Part shown: piece after piece, positions 21,297 through 31,920 of the stretch | How positions within the stretch are numbered: the first letter of the stretch is position 1 | Layout of the letters: each line of letters opens with the position of its first letter | Source of the DNA: Candidatus Omnitrophota bacterium | GTDB lineage: Bacteria > Omnitrophota > Gorgyraeia > Tantalellales > Tantalellaceae | Length of the DNA stretch: 64,000 nt | Assembly (NCBI GenBank): GCA_035403965.1 | Contig: DAONGE010000004.1 | Span: forward strand, 18,306 to 82,305 | Reading direction: 5' to 3' | The notes under the pieces: generated by a model | Seen by the model: the letters and a program-made list of their open reading frames with translations, nothing else | Told to the model about the DNA's origin: nothing | Databases searched by the model: none | Made by a program: the position numbers and the translations under genes

Positions 21297-22346
21297 TTAT
21301 CCTATCCGGTATTTAGGTCCTGTTATATTGATGCATCCGTAATTTTTCCCGTGTTCCATAAAATGTATGGCGTCCAAATCGATATATTCAAACTGCTTCC
21401 CTGATGCGAAGAATATCCCATTTGATAAACCTGTCATTGTCTCAGTCATACATCCGATCATGGTTTTCAATCCGTTCTTTTTAGCGGTTTCGTATAATTC
21501 TTGCGACCATTTTATCCCGCTTTTTGCCATTTTTATATTTATCCCGCCGCAGAGATCTTCGTCTATAGCCATTTTCAGATCATCCGGCGTGAATACAGTT
21601 TCATCAAGCACGATGGGAATCCCCGACATTTTTTTCGCTTCTTTCATCCCTTTGATATCTTTTTTTTTCATCGGCTGCTCAAATAGCTCGGGCATATATC
21701 TTTTAAACTTAAGATATTCCAAGATTTCCCTGAATGATTTTGTATCATAGCCCTGGTTACCGTCCAAACGTACGACAGCGCCGCTTCTATAATCAGAAAG
21801 AAAATCGAAAACAAAAGATATAATCCGCTTATCGGCAGCAAGGCTCCCGCTCACCTTAAGTTTATATATGTTGAATTTTTGTTTTACGGCGCGAAGTATC
21901 CATTTTTTCAGCACACCCGTATCCATACAAAAAGGAATTGTAATATCCGTTTCTATGGATTTGCGATTCGATTTCCAATATCGGACTTCGTCGATCCCTT
22001 TATTCACAAGATATGTCCGGAAAAGCGCGGTCTCCAACCCCGACACCGTCATAGGCATATTGTCGTATTTCTTTCGTGCACAGGCGATAAATCGCTCATA
22101 TCCGTCTATTTCTTTTCCCTGAAGATCGGAGGTCATTTGTTTAAGAGCGGCTTTGATCCGCTCCATAGTCTCATACGGTACGGCAAAACTGGTCGGAACT
22201 TCGCCGGTACCGCGCGCGCCGTTTTGCAGACTAACGTTAATTATGATGCTTTTTGCGGTGTTTTTTTTACCAAGAGAGGTGGCGAATGTGGTTCTGAGAA
22301 CCCGCTCAACGGGAAAGATCCTGATATTTTTTATCGTCGCTCGCAT
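21297..22346 (-). CDS. enolase-superfamily enzyme (MR/MLE family; dipeptide epimerase-like)
   Basis: 349 aa. The LDGNQGYD region resembles the metal-binding region of L-Ala-D/L-Glu epimerases. Confidence 0.65.
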   Translation of the reverse strand: MRATIKNIRIFPVERVLRTTFATSLGKKNTAKSIIINVSLQNGARGTGEVPTSFAVPYETMERIKAALKQMTSDLQGKEIDGYERFIACARKKYDNMPMTVSGLETALFRTYLVNKGIDEVRYWKSNRKSIETDITIPFCMDTGVLKKWILRAVKQKFNIYKLKVSGSLAADKRIISFVFDFLSDYRSGAVVRLDGNQGYDTKSFREILEYLKFKRYMPELFEQPMKKKDIKGMKEAKKMSGIPIVLDETVFTPDDLKMAIDEDLCGGINIKMAKSGIKWSQELYETAKKNGLKTMIGCMTETMTGLSNGIFFASGKQFEYIDLDAIHFMEHGKNYGCINITGPKYRIG

Positions 22347-22377
22347 TTATCCCGGATTTTCTTATTACCCGTAAAAC

Positions 22378-22731
22378 TTAAAAAACAAATCTGCTTTTTA
22401 TCTCCATGCCGGTTCTGTACATCTTGCTGCCATCCGCAGATATTTTTTCCGGACATTCCTTTGTCCAGACAACACGCCCTTCACAGATAATAGGTTCGTC
22501 TTCAACATATAACTCTATTCTTACCACGGCGTTCAGAGGAAGCTGTTCGTCCACTATAACCTGAAGACCTTCCTCGCTCATGTCTTCGGTATAAGCGGAA
22601 AGTATTTTATCGTCCGGAGAATAAACAAATATCTTGCAGGGTATATTATGCCTGGCGAATCTACGCCGTTCGTGTGACCCGGATCCGAGTTGATCCTGTT
22701 CTTTATTATCCTTTTTTCGAAAGAAGAACAT
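22378..22731 (-). CDS. PilZ domain protein
   Basis: RRRFARHNI ... DMSEEGL, i.e. canonical RxxxR and DxSxxG c-di-GMP-binding motifs. Confidence 0.7.
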   Translation of the reverse strand: MFFFRKKDNKEQDQLGSGSHERRRFARHNIPCKIFVYSPDDKILSAYTEDMSEEGLQVIVDEQLPLNAVVRIELYVEDEPIICEGRVVWTKECPEKISADGSKMYRTGMEIKSRFVF

Positions 22732-23095
22732 CCAAAAGGTCCCTTCTTGAGGTAATCCCTACAAGTTTCTGATTGTCCATGACCAAAAGATGTCGGAATT
22801 TCATTTCACAGAGTGTTTTGTATATATTGTTCAGACCTTCTTTTAATTCCACCATAACAACCTGACGCGTCATAACATCTCTAGCTTTGACGCTGTCAAC
22901 CGGAACGTTATCGGCAAGAACATTGCGTATTATATCCCGTTCGGTCACCATCCCAACGACTTTCCCGTCGTTTAATACAACTATTACACCGATATCATTA
23001 TCTTTCATTAATTTTGCCACTTGGGGCAGGGGCACATCTTCGGTCACCGTAATTACATCGCCTGTGATGATACCTAAGAATTTACGTCTTTGCAT
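22706..23095 (-). CDS. CBS domain pair protein
   Basis: 129 aa; two CBS motifs. Confidence 0.7.
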   Translation of the reverse strand: MQRRKFLGIITGDVITVTEDVPLPQVAKLMKDNDIGVIVVLNDGKVVGMVTERDIIRNVLADNVPVDSVKARDVMTRQVVMVELKEGLNNIYKTLCEMKFRHLLVMDNQKLVGITSRRDLLDVLLSKKG

Positions 23096-23187
23096 TGTTT
23101 TCCTTTTCGTTGTACCTACGAGATATTATTGCATATTTTTTTTATTTTACAATTTATTTATTTAAAAGTCAGACTATTTACGCTTTT

Positions 23188-24909
23188 CTACCGAGCTCCT
23201 GAACGCCGATTCAATTCCCGCATAAAATCCGGCGCCATAACGGCTCCAAGCTCTTGGGCTTTTTTAACATCTTGACGACTTTTATCATACTCACCTTTAA
23301 GAAAATATGCCACAGCCCGATTCTTGTATGCTAAAGCATATTTCGGATTTATTTCTATCGCGCTGTCAAAATCGCTTATGGCCTTATCTTTCTCTCCCCG
23401 CACCGTATATACTATGCCCCGGTCGCAAAATATCTTGGCATTATCGAGCTTGATCTCAACGATGAATTCCTCGGTCCATACACCGGTTTTCTGCATCAGT
23501 TCATAGTACGCGGCTTTTTCGGCTTTGATCCTGAAAAGTATTCCTATCGCCTTGTCGTAATCCATCAGCGCTTTGTCCGTCTCCCCTGACTCATAATATA
23601 GAACTCCCCGATTATGATAGCCCCGGACCTTATTCGGAGACTTTTTGATCACATCGGTCCAAAGGCTTATTCCGTCACGCCAGACCGCATTCCTCGCGAT
23701 CGTCATTCCACCATATATAACCGAAATGATCACAAGTATCACCATCAAAAGCTGTTTATTTTTCCTGCCCGTTATTATCGAAACCGCCTCCGGTAAAAAC
23801 ACGGCGAATCCGGCAAGCGGCAGATATAGCCGATGTTCAAAAATAAGATCTTCGCTGACAAAAAAGCTGGATTGCGGTAAAACCGTAATAAAGAACCACG
23901 ATACACAAAAAAATAATTTTTTATTATTTTTTCTCATAATGAACGCGGTAAAAATAATGGAACAGAGAACAACCGCCGACGCTATCACCGACGGTTCAAA
24001 AAAACTATCCGATACCAGATAGTCATAATCCAGATTCTGCCCAAACGGTACGAACGCCAGCCTTATATACGTACATATAACTTTTAGCTGTGTGAAAAAA
24101 TATGTAGATACCAGATAGCTATTACTGCGCTGGAATACGTTCAGTATTTGTCCAAGTTTAGTATCGCCAAACAAACCTATCGCCAAAGGAATTATCAATA
24201 TAGCCGCGGCGGCAGGCACGACATATTTGATCTTTTCCCGAAATTTCTGGCCTTTATTGAAAATAATCTCATAACAAATAATCATCACTGGCAGCGTGAC
24301 TGAGATCTCTTTTGTAAACATTGCAAAAATACAAAAGCAGCATGCTCCGCAAAAAAACACATATCGGATTTTCCCTCCTCCCCGCGAGGATATTCTTCCT
24401 TCCAAATACAAAACAAACGCAGCCAGATAAAAAAACGTCGCAAGTGACGTTATTCTTTGACAGATATATGTAACCGCCTGGGTCTGCACAGGATGCACAG
24501 CAAATAAAATACCGGCAAAAAAAGGAACAACCCATGTTTCTTTATTTCCCACTTCGTTTTCTTCTTTTCCGATCAAATACGCCATTCGCCACACGAATAA
24601 AGATGCTCCGGCATGTACTGCAATATTTGTCAGGTGATACCAGAAAACTTCCAGCCCCGAAAACCGGTAATTCAATGCAAAGGAAAAATACGCCACAAAA
24701 CGGGTCCTATTAGCTTTCCACATCGCGGCAAGATCAAACAGATCGCGGATGCTTTTGTTCTGAGTTATATATATTTTGTCATCGAAAACGAAAGGCGAAT
24801 GGAGCGAGTTCAGATAGACCAAAAACGCGGCCGCGACGATAAGAAACATCAACAGAAAAGGACTTGGAGATTTTATCGTTTTTGATCTTTTCCCCCGGTT
24901 TTTAGTCAT
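23188..24909 (-). CDS. TPR-repeat membrane protein with N-terminal PMT_2/ArnT-like polytopic domain
   Basis: 573 aa. ~10 TM helices followed by C-terminal TPR repeats (AYKNRAVAYFLKGEYDKS...). Confidence 0.6.
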   Translation of the reverse strand: MTKNRGKRSKTIKSPSPFLLMFLIVAAAFLVYLNSLHSPFVFDDKIYITQNKSIRDLFDLAAMWKANRTRFVAYFSFALNYRFSGLEVFWYHLTNIAVHAGASLFVWRMAYLIGKEENEVGNKETWVVPFFAGILFAVHPVQTQAVTYICQRITSLATFFYLAAFVLYLEGRISSRGGGKIRYVFFCGACCFCIFAMFTKEISVTLPVMIICYEIIFNKGQKFREKIKYVVPAAAAILIIPLAIGLFGDTKLGQILNVFQRSNSYLVSTYFFTQLKVICTYIRLAFVPFGQNLDYDYLVSDSFFEPSVIASAVVLCSIIFTAFIMRKNNKKLFFCVSWFFITVLPQSSFFVSEDLIFEHRLYLPLAGFAVFLPEAVSIITGRKNKQLLMVILVIISVIYGGMTIARNAVWRDGISLWTDVIKKSPNKVRGYHNRGVLYYESGETDKALMDYDKAIGILFRIKAEKAAYYELMQKTGVWTEEFIVEIKLDNAKIFCDRGIVYTVRGEKDKAISDFDSAIEINPKYALAYKNRAVAYFLKGEYDKSRQDVKKAQELGAVMAPDFMRELNRRSGAR

Positions 24910-25728
24910 TTATTTCATCTGCCCTTTCCTGGCTAGGAACACTTTATACAGGGCTATTGTTCCGGCGCACGCTACATTTAGCGAGTCTATTACTTCCTGC
25001 TGCATGGGGATCCTTATTTTTAGATCCGCCTCATCCATTACCGGTCTCTCGGCCCCTTCTTCTTCGTTACCCATCACTATACATACGTTCCCGGTCAGCG
25101 ATACTTCTTCTATCGAACGGCCGGTCTTTGCTGGTGTCGTAACGATCACTTTTGTCTTTTTTTCTTTCCTAAGATATTTCAACACTTCTACAAGATCGTC
25201 TTCATATGCAACCGGCATATTAAAAACCGTGCCGATCGATATTCGAGCGGCTTTTCTGTAATACGGGTCGCATGTCCTGCGATCGGCAATGACAGCCGTA
25301 CATCCGAACGCTGACGCGCTTCTCAGGATAAGACCTACGTTCTGAGGATCGGTTACGCTGTTGAATGCGATCATAAAAATATCTTTTTTTGACCTTCCGA
25401 TCACATCCCGTATCCCCAGCTTTTCCGGATGCCGCGCCAATGCCAAAGCCCCCTGATAGAATTTAAATCCCGTGATCTTGCCAAGTTCTTTTTTTGTTCC
25501 TACGTATACTGGAAAATCTTTACCGGACAGATATGGTTTCATACGTTCATAGCAATTTTCCGTCATCAGGCACGATTCTGTTTTTAGTTTGCTGTCCAGG
25601 AGTTTTTGGACCACACGTTCGGTTTCGGCCACAAAAAACCCCTGATCTTCAAGTTCCCGTGCGTTCATGCTCCGATAGGCACTTAATGAGGGGGCCTCTA
25701 TGTTTTTGATCCTTATTGTTTTTTTCAC
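24910..25728 (-). CDS. TrmH/SpoU-family RNA 2'-O-methyltransferase
   Basis: SPOUT motifs (DPQNVGLILRSASAFG, IVMGNEEEG). Confidence 0.8.
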   Translation of the reverse strand: MKKTIRIKNIEAPSLSAYRSMNARELEDQGFFVAETERVVQKLLDSKLKTESCLMTENCYERMKPYLSGKDFPVYVGTKKELGKITGFKFYQGALALARHPEKLGIRDVIGRSKKDIFMIAFNSVTDPQNVGLILRSASAFGCTAVIADRRTCDPYYRKAARISIGTVFNMPVAYEDDLVEVLKYLRKEKKTKVIVTTPAKTGRSIEEVSLTGNVCIVMGNEEEGAERPVMDEADLKIRIPMQQEVIDSLNVACAGTIALYKVFLARKGQMK

Positions 25729-25771
25729 TTAAACTTTATCTTTCCCCGGAGAGACTTCCGGATCAGCCCCG

Positions 25772-27277
25772 TTAAATATTTCTGTTGTCCGGAAGAATAA
25801 AAGAAAACGTCGTTCCTTTGCCGACTTCACTCTCAACCCATATCTTACCGTCATGCTGTTCGACAAGCTTCTTTACTATCGCAAGTCCGAGTCCCGTGCT
25901 TTTTTCTCCGGCGGTCGCTTTCACTGACGTTTTTTTAAAAGCATCGAATACCCCGGCAACTTCCCCCACCGGGATGCCGACTCCGCGATCGGCCACTTGC
26001 ACAAGGATCCCTTCTATGTCCTTCCGCAACACTACGGCATAGTCCCTGTCCGGCTGCGAATATTTTATCGCGTTGCTGATAAGGTTATCCAAAACCTGTC
26101 CCAGACGTTTTTTATCCGCATTCACTAGCACCGGTCCTTTTCCGTTTATTTCATTAACGAACGTTCCGACTATATTCTTCTTTTTCCCTATCAGATTCAT
26201 AAAATCAACACGTTCTTCTATCAGCGCCGCCATATCCATATCTTCTTTTTCAAGTTCTACCACGCCGCTATCTATACTGGACATATCCAGCATGGAATTC
26301 AGAAGATCTACGGTATGATTAGCGATATCATGTATCGTTTTTATCGCGGCTTCTTTATCTTTCCCTTCAAGTATGCCTTCCGAAATCAACGACGCATATC
26401 CTATGATCAACCCGATCGGATTGCGCAGATCGTGCGCAGCCATTCCTAAAAGCTTGTTTTTCTGGATATTAAGCGCCTTTTCGTTATTAAGTGCATCCCG
26501 AAGTTTTTTCGATAAAATTTCTCTTTTTAAAAGATTCTTCGTCCGCGCGGCGATCTCAAGATGCGCCAGATTCTTATTTATATAATCGTCCGCTCCAGCT
26601 TCTAAGAATTCCAACGCCGTCGGTTCGTCCGAAGATATTCCGAGAACAGGGATAGTGCTATATATCTCGTTGTTCCTCAATTCTCCGCACCATTCCACTC
26701 CTTTTCCATCAGGCAGAAAATTATCCAAGATAATAATGTCCACCGGGTATTGCTCTATGGTCTCCATCGCGCTAGCGACGCTGTCCGCCTCATATACCCG
26801 TACATTGATCCCGGTCAAAAGCTCAGCTATGATTTTTCTCGTCAATTTACTGTCGTCCACAACAAGAGCACTACCCTGGAACGCATGGCGTTCGGTATCA
26901 AGATATTGGCTCACATATTTAAAAATAGAGAATTTAACGAATGGTTTTTTAAAAGTTTCCGTGACTCCTGACTGCAGGGCTTTAGCCCTTACGGTGTCAT
27001 CCAATGTTCCTGAAAGCAATATGAACGGTATCTGCCCGTCACCCGGATACCGTCGGATCGCATGGCAAAATTCGAATCCGTCCATTCCCGGCATCACAAG
27101 ATCGGATATTATGAAATCTGGGATTTTTGTTTCAATATCGACAAGGGCCTTCGCGGGAGTATCATATTCGTAAACTTCAAAATCATTATTATTCTCGAAT
27201 TCGGAGATAACCACTTTACGGCTTATAATACTATCATCTACAACAAATATCTTTATTTTTTTCTGGGCCTTATTCAT
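25772..27277 (-). CDS. hybrid sensor histidine kinase/response regulator (REC-REC-HisKA-HATPase)
   Basis: Two receiver domains (KIFVVDDS..., ALVVDDS...). H-box (AHDLRNP) and a GxGxG ATPase domain. Confidence 0.8.
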   Translation of the reverse strand: MNKAQKKIKIFVVDDSIISRKVVISEFENNNDFEVYEYDTPAKALVDIETKIPDFIISDLVMPGMDGFEFCHAIRRYPGDGQIPFILLSGTLDDTVRAKALQSGVTETFKKPFVKFSIFKYVSQYLDTERHAFQGSALVVDDSKLTRKIIAELLTGINVRVYEADSVASAMETIEQYPVDIIILDNFLPDGKGVEWCGELRNNEIYSTIPVLGISSDEPTALEFLEAGADDYINKNLAHLEIAARTKNLLKREILSKKLRDALNNEKALNIQKNKLLGMAAHDLRNPIGLIIGYASLISEGILEGKDKEAAIKTIHDIANHTVDLLNSMLDMSSIDSGVVELEKEDMDMAALIEERVDFMNLIGKKKNIVGTFVNEINGKGPVLVNADKKRLGQVLDNLISNAIKYSQPDRDYAVVLRKDIEGILVQVADRGVGIPVGEVAGVFDAFKKTSVKATAGEKSTGLGLAIVKKLVEQHDGKIWVESEVGKGTTFSFILPDNRNI

Positions 27278-27466
27278 ACTCCTCCTTCTCAAATGCCGCC
27301 TGCCGATAAAATTACTATATCATACTTTCTTTCGCATGATAAACCGGTTTATCAAAAATGTTGAACGCTAGCGCTTAAGGGGTCTTTTCTTAATTTAAAA
27401 CGCTAAACTAAACACAAAGGACCGGTTTTTGACCGGTCCTTCGTCTAAATAATATTATTTGTTGGT

Positions 27467-28126
27467 TTATTTCTTCGCACAGCAGCAGTCGCCCATCGCG
27501 CTCCACGGCCATTTTTCATCGAACGGATAGCCTTTGTTATCCGGAGGATTCGGCAGGAAGAACGAAGCCACATCAACCGCACCGTCCATCTCTCGGCTAA
27601 GGAAGAACCAGATACCTTTTACTATGCCGGCATCCGGGGCTTTTTCATTTATACCTTTGGCGATCTGTCCGGGTACTTCAATAACCCCGAAAAGGGCGTT
27701 ACCAAGGCCTCGAAGCAGTTTGTTCCCGATCGGAGCAAGCGTCGCTTCGCCAAAATCAGGATCGATACAGCTGTAATGTGTACCCTCTTCCCAAGCATAT
27801 TCGGCGTCTAACGGTATGCTTATTCTGTCGTTATTATCCGGATCCGCCGCCCAGAAGCCTGTCAATTCGCCGGCGCCGGAAACCGTTCTTCCTACCCCGT
27901 GATACACGCCACGAAAAATGCCGAGGAAAGCTCCGCCGACATTCTCTCTGTTATACCCTTTTACGATCTGCGCCGGTATCTCCACCCATCCCGTAAACAC
28001 ATTTACTATACCCCTGAAAAATTTCTGCCCCATGCCGGTCATAACCTCATTGGCATCGGCATACGCGAATGACGACATCACAAAAACGAATACCGCCACC
28101 ATAAAACCTGTTAAAAGCTTCTTCAT
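27467..28126 (-). CDS. secreted protein with an internal duplication (possible exosortase-system-associated family)
   Basis: Signal peptide. Duplicated VFTGWVEIPAQIVKG / LFGVIEVPGQIAKG modules. C-terminal CCC. Confidence 0.5.
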   Translation of the reverse strand: MKKLLTGFMVAVFVFVMSSFAYADANEVMTGMGQKFFRGIVNVFTGWVEIPAQIVKGYNRENVGGAFLGIFRGVYHGVGRTVSGAGELTGFWAADPDNNDRISIPLDAEYAWEEGTHYSCIDPDFGEATLAPIGNKLLRGLGNALFGVIEVPGQIAKGINEKAPDAGIVKGIWFFLSREMDGAVDVASFFLPNPPDNKGYPFDEKWPWSAMGDCCCAKK

Positions 28127-28221
28127 TGTTTCCTCCCGTTTTTATTTGTCCCTTTAACCACTGCTCTTACTATAATTCTATCGCTATTCTTTTTTTCTTC
28201 AAGCGTTTTTTGAAAAATATA

Positions 28222-29007
28222 TCACAGCTCGACAGAATACTTTCCTTTTTTTTCGCGCAAGCGGATCCTCATCCCATAGGCTTTAGTTAACATCCGTGAG
28301 GTCAATATCCTCTCTTTTTTATCTGATCCTAACACCTTCCCTTTACACATCAGCATTACATGCGTAAATGCGGGTGATATCTCGCTCACATCGTGTGTAA
28401 TAAGAATGATCGGGATCCGCCTTTTCCCTTTTATCAGGTGCGAGAGAAAATCCATGAAATTTTTTCTAGCAGCCATATCAAGGCCAAGACATGGTTCATC
28501 CAGCACTAGTATATCAGGATCCGTCATAAGCGCTCGGGCGATAAGAACTTTCTGTTGTTCTCCTTGAGAGATCTCTCCCCAGGTTCTTCCAAAAAGATAC
28601 CCGCATTTTATTGCTTTCAGAAGTTTTTCAGCCTTTTCTCTGTCCGCTCTTGAGGGTTTTCCCCAGTAATTGATAAGGGCATGCTTGCCGCTAACCACAG
28701 TCTCCGTTACTTCCTCGCCTTTACGTATCCTACGATAAAGGCTATTACTCACGAAGCCTATCTTATCCCGTACTTCCCGCCAGTCTAGATCCCCATATTT
28801 GTTCCCAAGGACTTCCACTTCACCTTCGGTAAAAAGACCGTACCCCATCAGTACATTTATCAATGTGGTTTTCCCGGCGCCATTCGGCCCGAGAATAACC
28901 CACTGCTCGCCCCGATTAATGATCCAATTGATCTTCTGAAGGATCGTTTTACCCCGGACGACCGTAAGATTTGTTATTTGAATTATTTTTTTGTTCCCAT
29001 TTATCAT
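28222..29007 (-). CDS. ABC transporter ATP-binding protein
   Basis: Walker A (GPNGAGKTTL), signature motif, and Walker B (ILVLDEP). Confidence 0.85.
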   Translation of the reverse strand: MINGNKKIIQITNLTVVRGKTILQKINWIINRGEQWVILGPNGAGKTTLINVLMGYGLFTEGEVEVLGNKYGDLDWREVRDKIGFVSNSLYRRIRKGEEVTETVVSGKHALINYWGKPSRADREKAEKLLKAIKCGYLFGRTWGEISQGEQQKVLIARALMTDPDILVLDEPCLGLDMAARKNFMDFLSHLIKGKRRIPIILITHDVSEISPAFTHVMLMCKGKVLGSDKKERILTSRMLTKAYGMRIRLREKKGKYSVEL

Positions 29008-29182
29008 GTTCCCGAACCTCTTTATACACCTCGTGTGAGATAAACGCTATGTTGCTCTCTTTTTATCATAATACTTGACACCTTGACACATGACCAAAAA
29101 ATCACCTTTCCATTCTCTGATAAATGACACTAAAGACAAAGCCACTTGTCTTATACAACAAGTGGCCTCATCTATGTTTTTA

Positions 29183-29524
29183 TTATATATTTTTTTCCGC
29201 TATATCACCGGCAACTGGGAATTTAAATTTCTCCCCTTTGTAGGCCTTTATCATCAGAACCAGCCAGATAACCACTTCGATCACCCACAGTACCGGCAGA
29301 AACACCCAGCCGATCACGGGAATGAACGGCAGGATCATAGCGATTACAAAGAGTCCGCCGAACACGACAATGGACTGCATCGCGTGAAATCTGACATATT
29401 TATTTTCTTTCTCAATAACAAAAAATATGATCCCCGTTATAAAACCAAGCAGATAACTCAACATCGCGGCAAGATTAGCCTGCATCCCTATTGTGGTCTT
29501 TCCTAAATCATTATTCTCCGCCAT
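29183..29524 (-). CDS. DUF4870-family small membrane protein
   Basis: 113 aa. 3 TM helices with a sequence pattern typical of DUF4870. Confidence 0.55.
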   Translation of the reverse strand: MAENNDLGKTTIGMQANLAAMLSYLLGFITGIIFFVIEKENKYVRFHAMQSIVVFGGLFVIAMILPFIPVIGWVFLPVLWVIEVVIWLVLMIKAYKGEKFKFPVAGDIAEKNI

Positions 29525-29607
29525 CTTACACCTCCGTTTTTTACCGACCGGTCCGGCCAGTATTACTATTTATACCTTATATTTCTCTCTATGGCAAAAC
29601 TTTTCCT

Positions 29608-30708
29608 TTATATCCTGGTTAAAAGTTCTTTCTTTTTTTCCTCGTACTCACCTCTCGTTATCATCCCTTTTTCCTTCAATTCCGCAAGTTTTTCTATCTG
29701 CGCGTACACATCGTCTTTCTCGTACCGCCCATGAACCACTTCTTTGTTTTTTTCAGGATCATGCTGCTCTGTCGTTTTTGCCCCTTCTTTTTTATCTTTA
29801 TGTATCCTGCTTTTCCCTTTTAAGAACAAAGAATGCGGAAAAGCGATGATAAATACTACCACCCCATATCCCCACCATTTCCAGAAACTTCTTCCCTTGC
29901 TCTTGGCTATCAAGGCGGGAATACATCCGAGTATCAAAAGGACCGGTATCAACATAAGCCTTACGTTGTCTTTTATCAAAGATAAAAATCGGACATGCTC
30001 CGGGGTCCCCATCTTTTTTACGGCTTCTACGGCCGCCTTTTTAGCGCGATCAACGTCTTCGGCCGAAATTTTTCTTTTGGCCTGTTCAGTGCGAAAATTC
30101 AGCCAATCCCGGCTGGCGTCCTGTTCGCTAATCCTGGACTCATTCGATTCAGCAGAAACAAGCAGCGCGTACTGTCCTTTTTCATCGATCGAGAACAGAT
30201 ATTTCATCCGTTCACCGTTCAGAATAAATCCGATCTCTACATTCTCTCCTTTTTTCTTAAGCGACGGTTGAAGATCATTTCCGTCGGCATCTCTATAAAG
30301 CTGCGTCTCCACAATAAGCCCCCAAAGACTTGTCTCAAAGCTTTTGAAATCTCCGTCCCCGGTCACTACTCCGGCCGTACATTTATTGTATCTGGCGATT
30401 ATTTGTTCTACGCCAGCGTTTTGTTGTTTAGTTTCTTGTTCCTGAACGGCAGGTTTTTGTTCATTCATCATATTAATCTTTGCCGTTCCGGGATTCGCAG
30501 ACCCCGCGGACATTGTCTGCTGTTGTGGGACTTTTTGTACCGCCGGTTTACCGTACTGACTCCCCATTTCCCGTTTTACCTGCGCCCTGGCTTCCGCGCG
30601 TATCGCGTCCAGATCCATATCGCTGGCAGCAGAAGAGTTGCCCACCGCCAAAACGATCGCGCTTATCCCTATTACACCTATTATAGCTATTTTCCTTATC
30701 ATCCCCAT
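29608..30708 (-). CDS. membrane protein with a C-terminal SHOCT domain
   Basis: GGAGG RBS before MGMIRK at 30708. Signal/TM, a Gln/Ala-rich periplasmic region, a TM helix, and a C-terminal SHOCT-like tail (LKEKGMITRGEYEEKKKELL). Confidence 0.6.
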   Translation of the reverse strand: MGMIRKIAIIGVIGISAIVLAVGNSSAASDMDLDAIRAEARAQVKREMGSQYGKPAVQKVPQQQTMSAGSANPGTAKINMMNEQKPAVQEQETKQQNAGVEQIIARYNKCTAGVVTGDGDFKSFETSLWGLIVETQLYRDADGNDLQPSLKKKGENVEIGFILNGERMKYLFSIDEKGQYALLVSAESNESRISEQDASRDWLNFRTEQAKRKISAEDVDRAKKAAVEAVKKMGTPEHVRFLSLIKDNVRLMLIPVLLILGCIPALIAKSKGRSFWKWWGYGVVVFIIAFPHSLFLKGKSRIHKDKKEGAKTTEQHDPEKNKEVVHGRYEKDDVYAQIEKLAELKEKGMITRGEYEEKKKELLTRI

Positions 30709-30846
30709 TTGACCTCCATTTATAGATGTTTTCATTATATTACATCGTTTTACTTTATTGAAACTTTTCTTTTTTGAATATCGTTCACATTGAATCATTG
30801 AATTTTTTGTGTTATTATTTTTATATGCTACGCAAAAGGAGATCTT

Positions 30847-31491
30847 ATGCGCTTTATATTTTCGTTGATATTGATCTTGTCGTTCGCAACACCCTTTCTG
30901 TCTTCGGCACAAGAAAACACTTCGATCAAATTATCCGCGCCGAGGATAGATGCCGGTAAACCGCTCATGGCCACGCTTAAGGAACGTAAATCTTCCCGCT
31001 CTTTCGATCCGAATAAAGAACTTCCTGTCGAAACTCTTTCAGATCTTTTATGGGCGGCGTCCGGTGTGAATCGTGAAGATTCCGGAAGGCTGACCGCTCC
31101 CACAGCCTGCAACTGGCAGGAAATAGACGTCTATGTGGCGATGAAAAACGGCCTTTTCCTATATATACCGAAGACCCATTCCCTTTCGCCTGTTTCATCC
31201 TCTGACATCCGACAATATACCGGACTTCAGCCATTCGTTAAAACTGCGCCTATTGTTCTCATTTATGTAGCCGATTTTGAAAAAATGGGCAAGGACACAA
31301 CTGCTCAAAACTTTTATTCGGCCACAGATACCGGATTTATAAGCCAAAATGTATACCTCTTCTGTGCTTCGGAAGGATTGGCAACCGTGGTTTTGGGATA
31401 CGTGGACAAAACCAAACTGGCGAAAGTCATGTCTCTCAAACCACAACAAAAGATCATACTGACTCAACCGGTGGGATACCCCGGGAAATAG
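30847..31491 (+). CDS. secreted nitroreductase-family protein (SagB-type dehydrogenase-like)
   Basis: Signal peptide and a nitroreductase fold. Confidence 0.6.
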   Translation: MRFIFSLILILSFATPFLSSAQENTSIKLSAPRIDAGKPLMATLKERKSSRSFDPNKELPVETLSDLLWAASGVNREDSGRLTAPTACNWQEIDVYVAMKNGLFLYIPKTHSLSPVSSSDIRQYTGLQPFVKTAPIVLIYVADFEKMGKDTTAQNFYSATDTGFISQNVYLFCASEGLATVVLGYVDKTKLAKVMSLKPQQKIILTQPVGYPGK

Positions 31492-31497
31492 AAGTAT

Positions 31498-31600
31498 CAG
31501 GTGTCAGAGTATCAAGTATCAGGTGTCATGTATCAGGGAAAAGTCATCCCCCTCCTATACATGATCCTTGACACTTTGACGCATGATACTCTGACACCTG
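31498..31600. promoter_or_regulatory. large palindromic/direct-repeat structure (TGACAC/GTGTCA repeats)
   Basis: 17-bp arms CAGGTGTCAGAGTATCA (31498-31514) and TGATACTCTGACACCTG (31584-31600). Internal direct repeats GTATCAGGTGTCA. Between the nitroreductase gene and tRNA-Val. Confidence 0.5.
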
Positions 31601-31663
31601 CCCCGCACGCGCTAATTCTCCTTTGACAGGCTTATACCCCTCAGTGTATAATAGCCGGACTTA

Positions 31664-31740
31664 GGGCGCGTAACTCAGCGGTTTAGAGTGCTTCCCTTAC
31701 AAGGAAGAAGTCAAAGGTTCAAATCCTTTCGCGCCCACCA
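31664..31740 (+). tRNA. tRNA-Val (TAC)
   Basis: Anticodon arm CTTCC-CTTACAA-GGAAG. CCA encoded. Confidence 0.85.
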
Positions 31741-31789
31741 TTTGCATAATTGACGCGTAACTCGTTCTATGTTATAGTTTTTATTTCGT

Positions 31790-31867
31790 GGGGTGGTAGT
31801 TCAGTTTGGTTAGAACGTCGGACTGTCGATCCGAAGGTCGCGGGTTCGAGCCCCGTCCACCCCGCCA
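31790..31867 (+). tRNA. tRNA-Asp (GTC)
   Basis: Anticodon arm TCGGA-CTGTCGA-TCCGA. Resembles E. coli tRNA-Asp. CCA encoded. Confidence 0.85.
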
Positions 31868-31870
31868 CTT

Positions 31871-31917
31871 AAATAACAAAGCCTGATCTTGTTAAAGATC
31901 GGGCTTTGTTATTTAGT
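31871..31917 (+). terminator. rho-independent terminator after the tRNA-Val/Asp pair
   Basis: AAATAACAAAGCC-TGATCTTGTTAAAGATC-GGGCTTTGTTATTT hairpin. Confidence 0.75.
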
Positions 31918-31920
31918 ATG

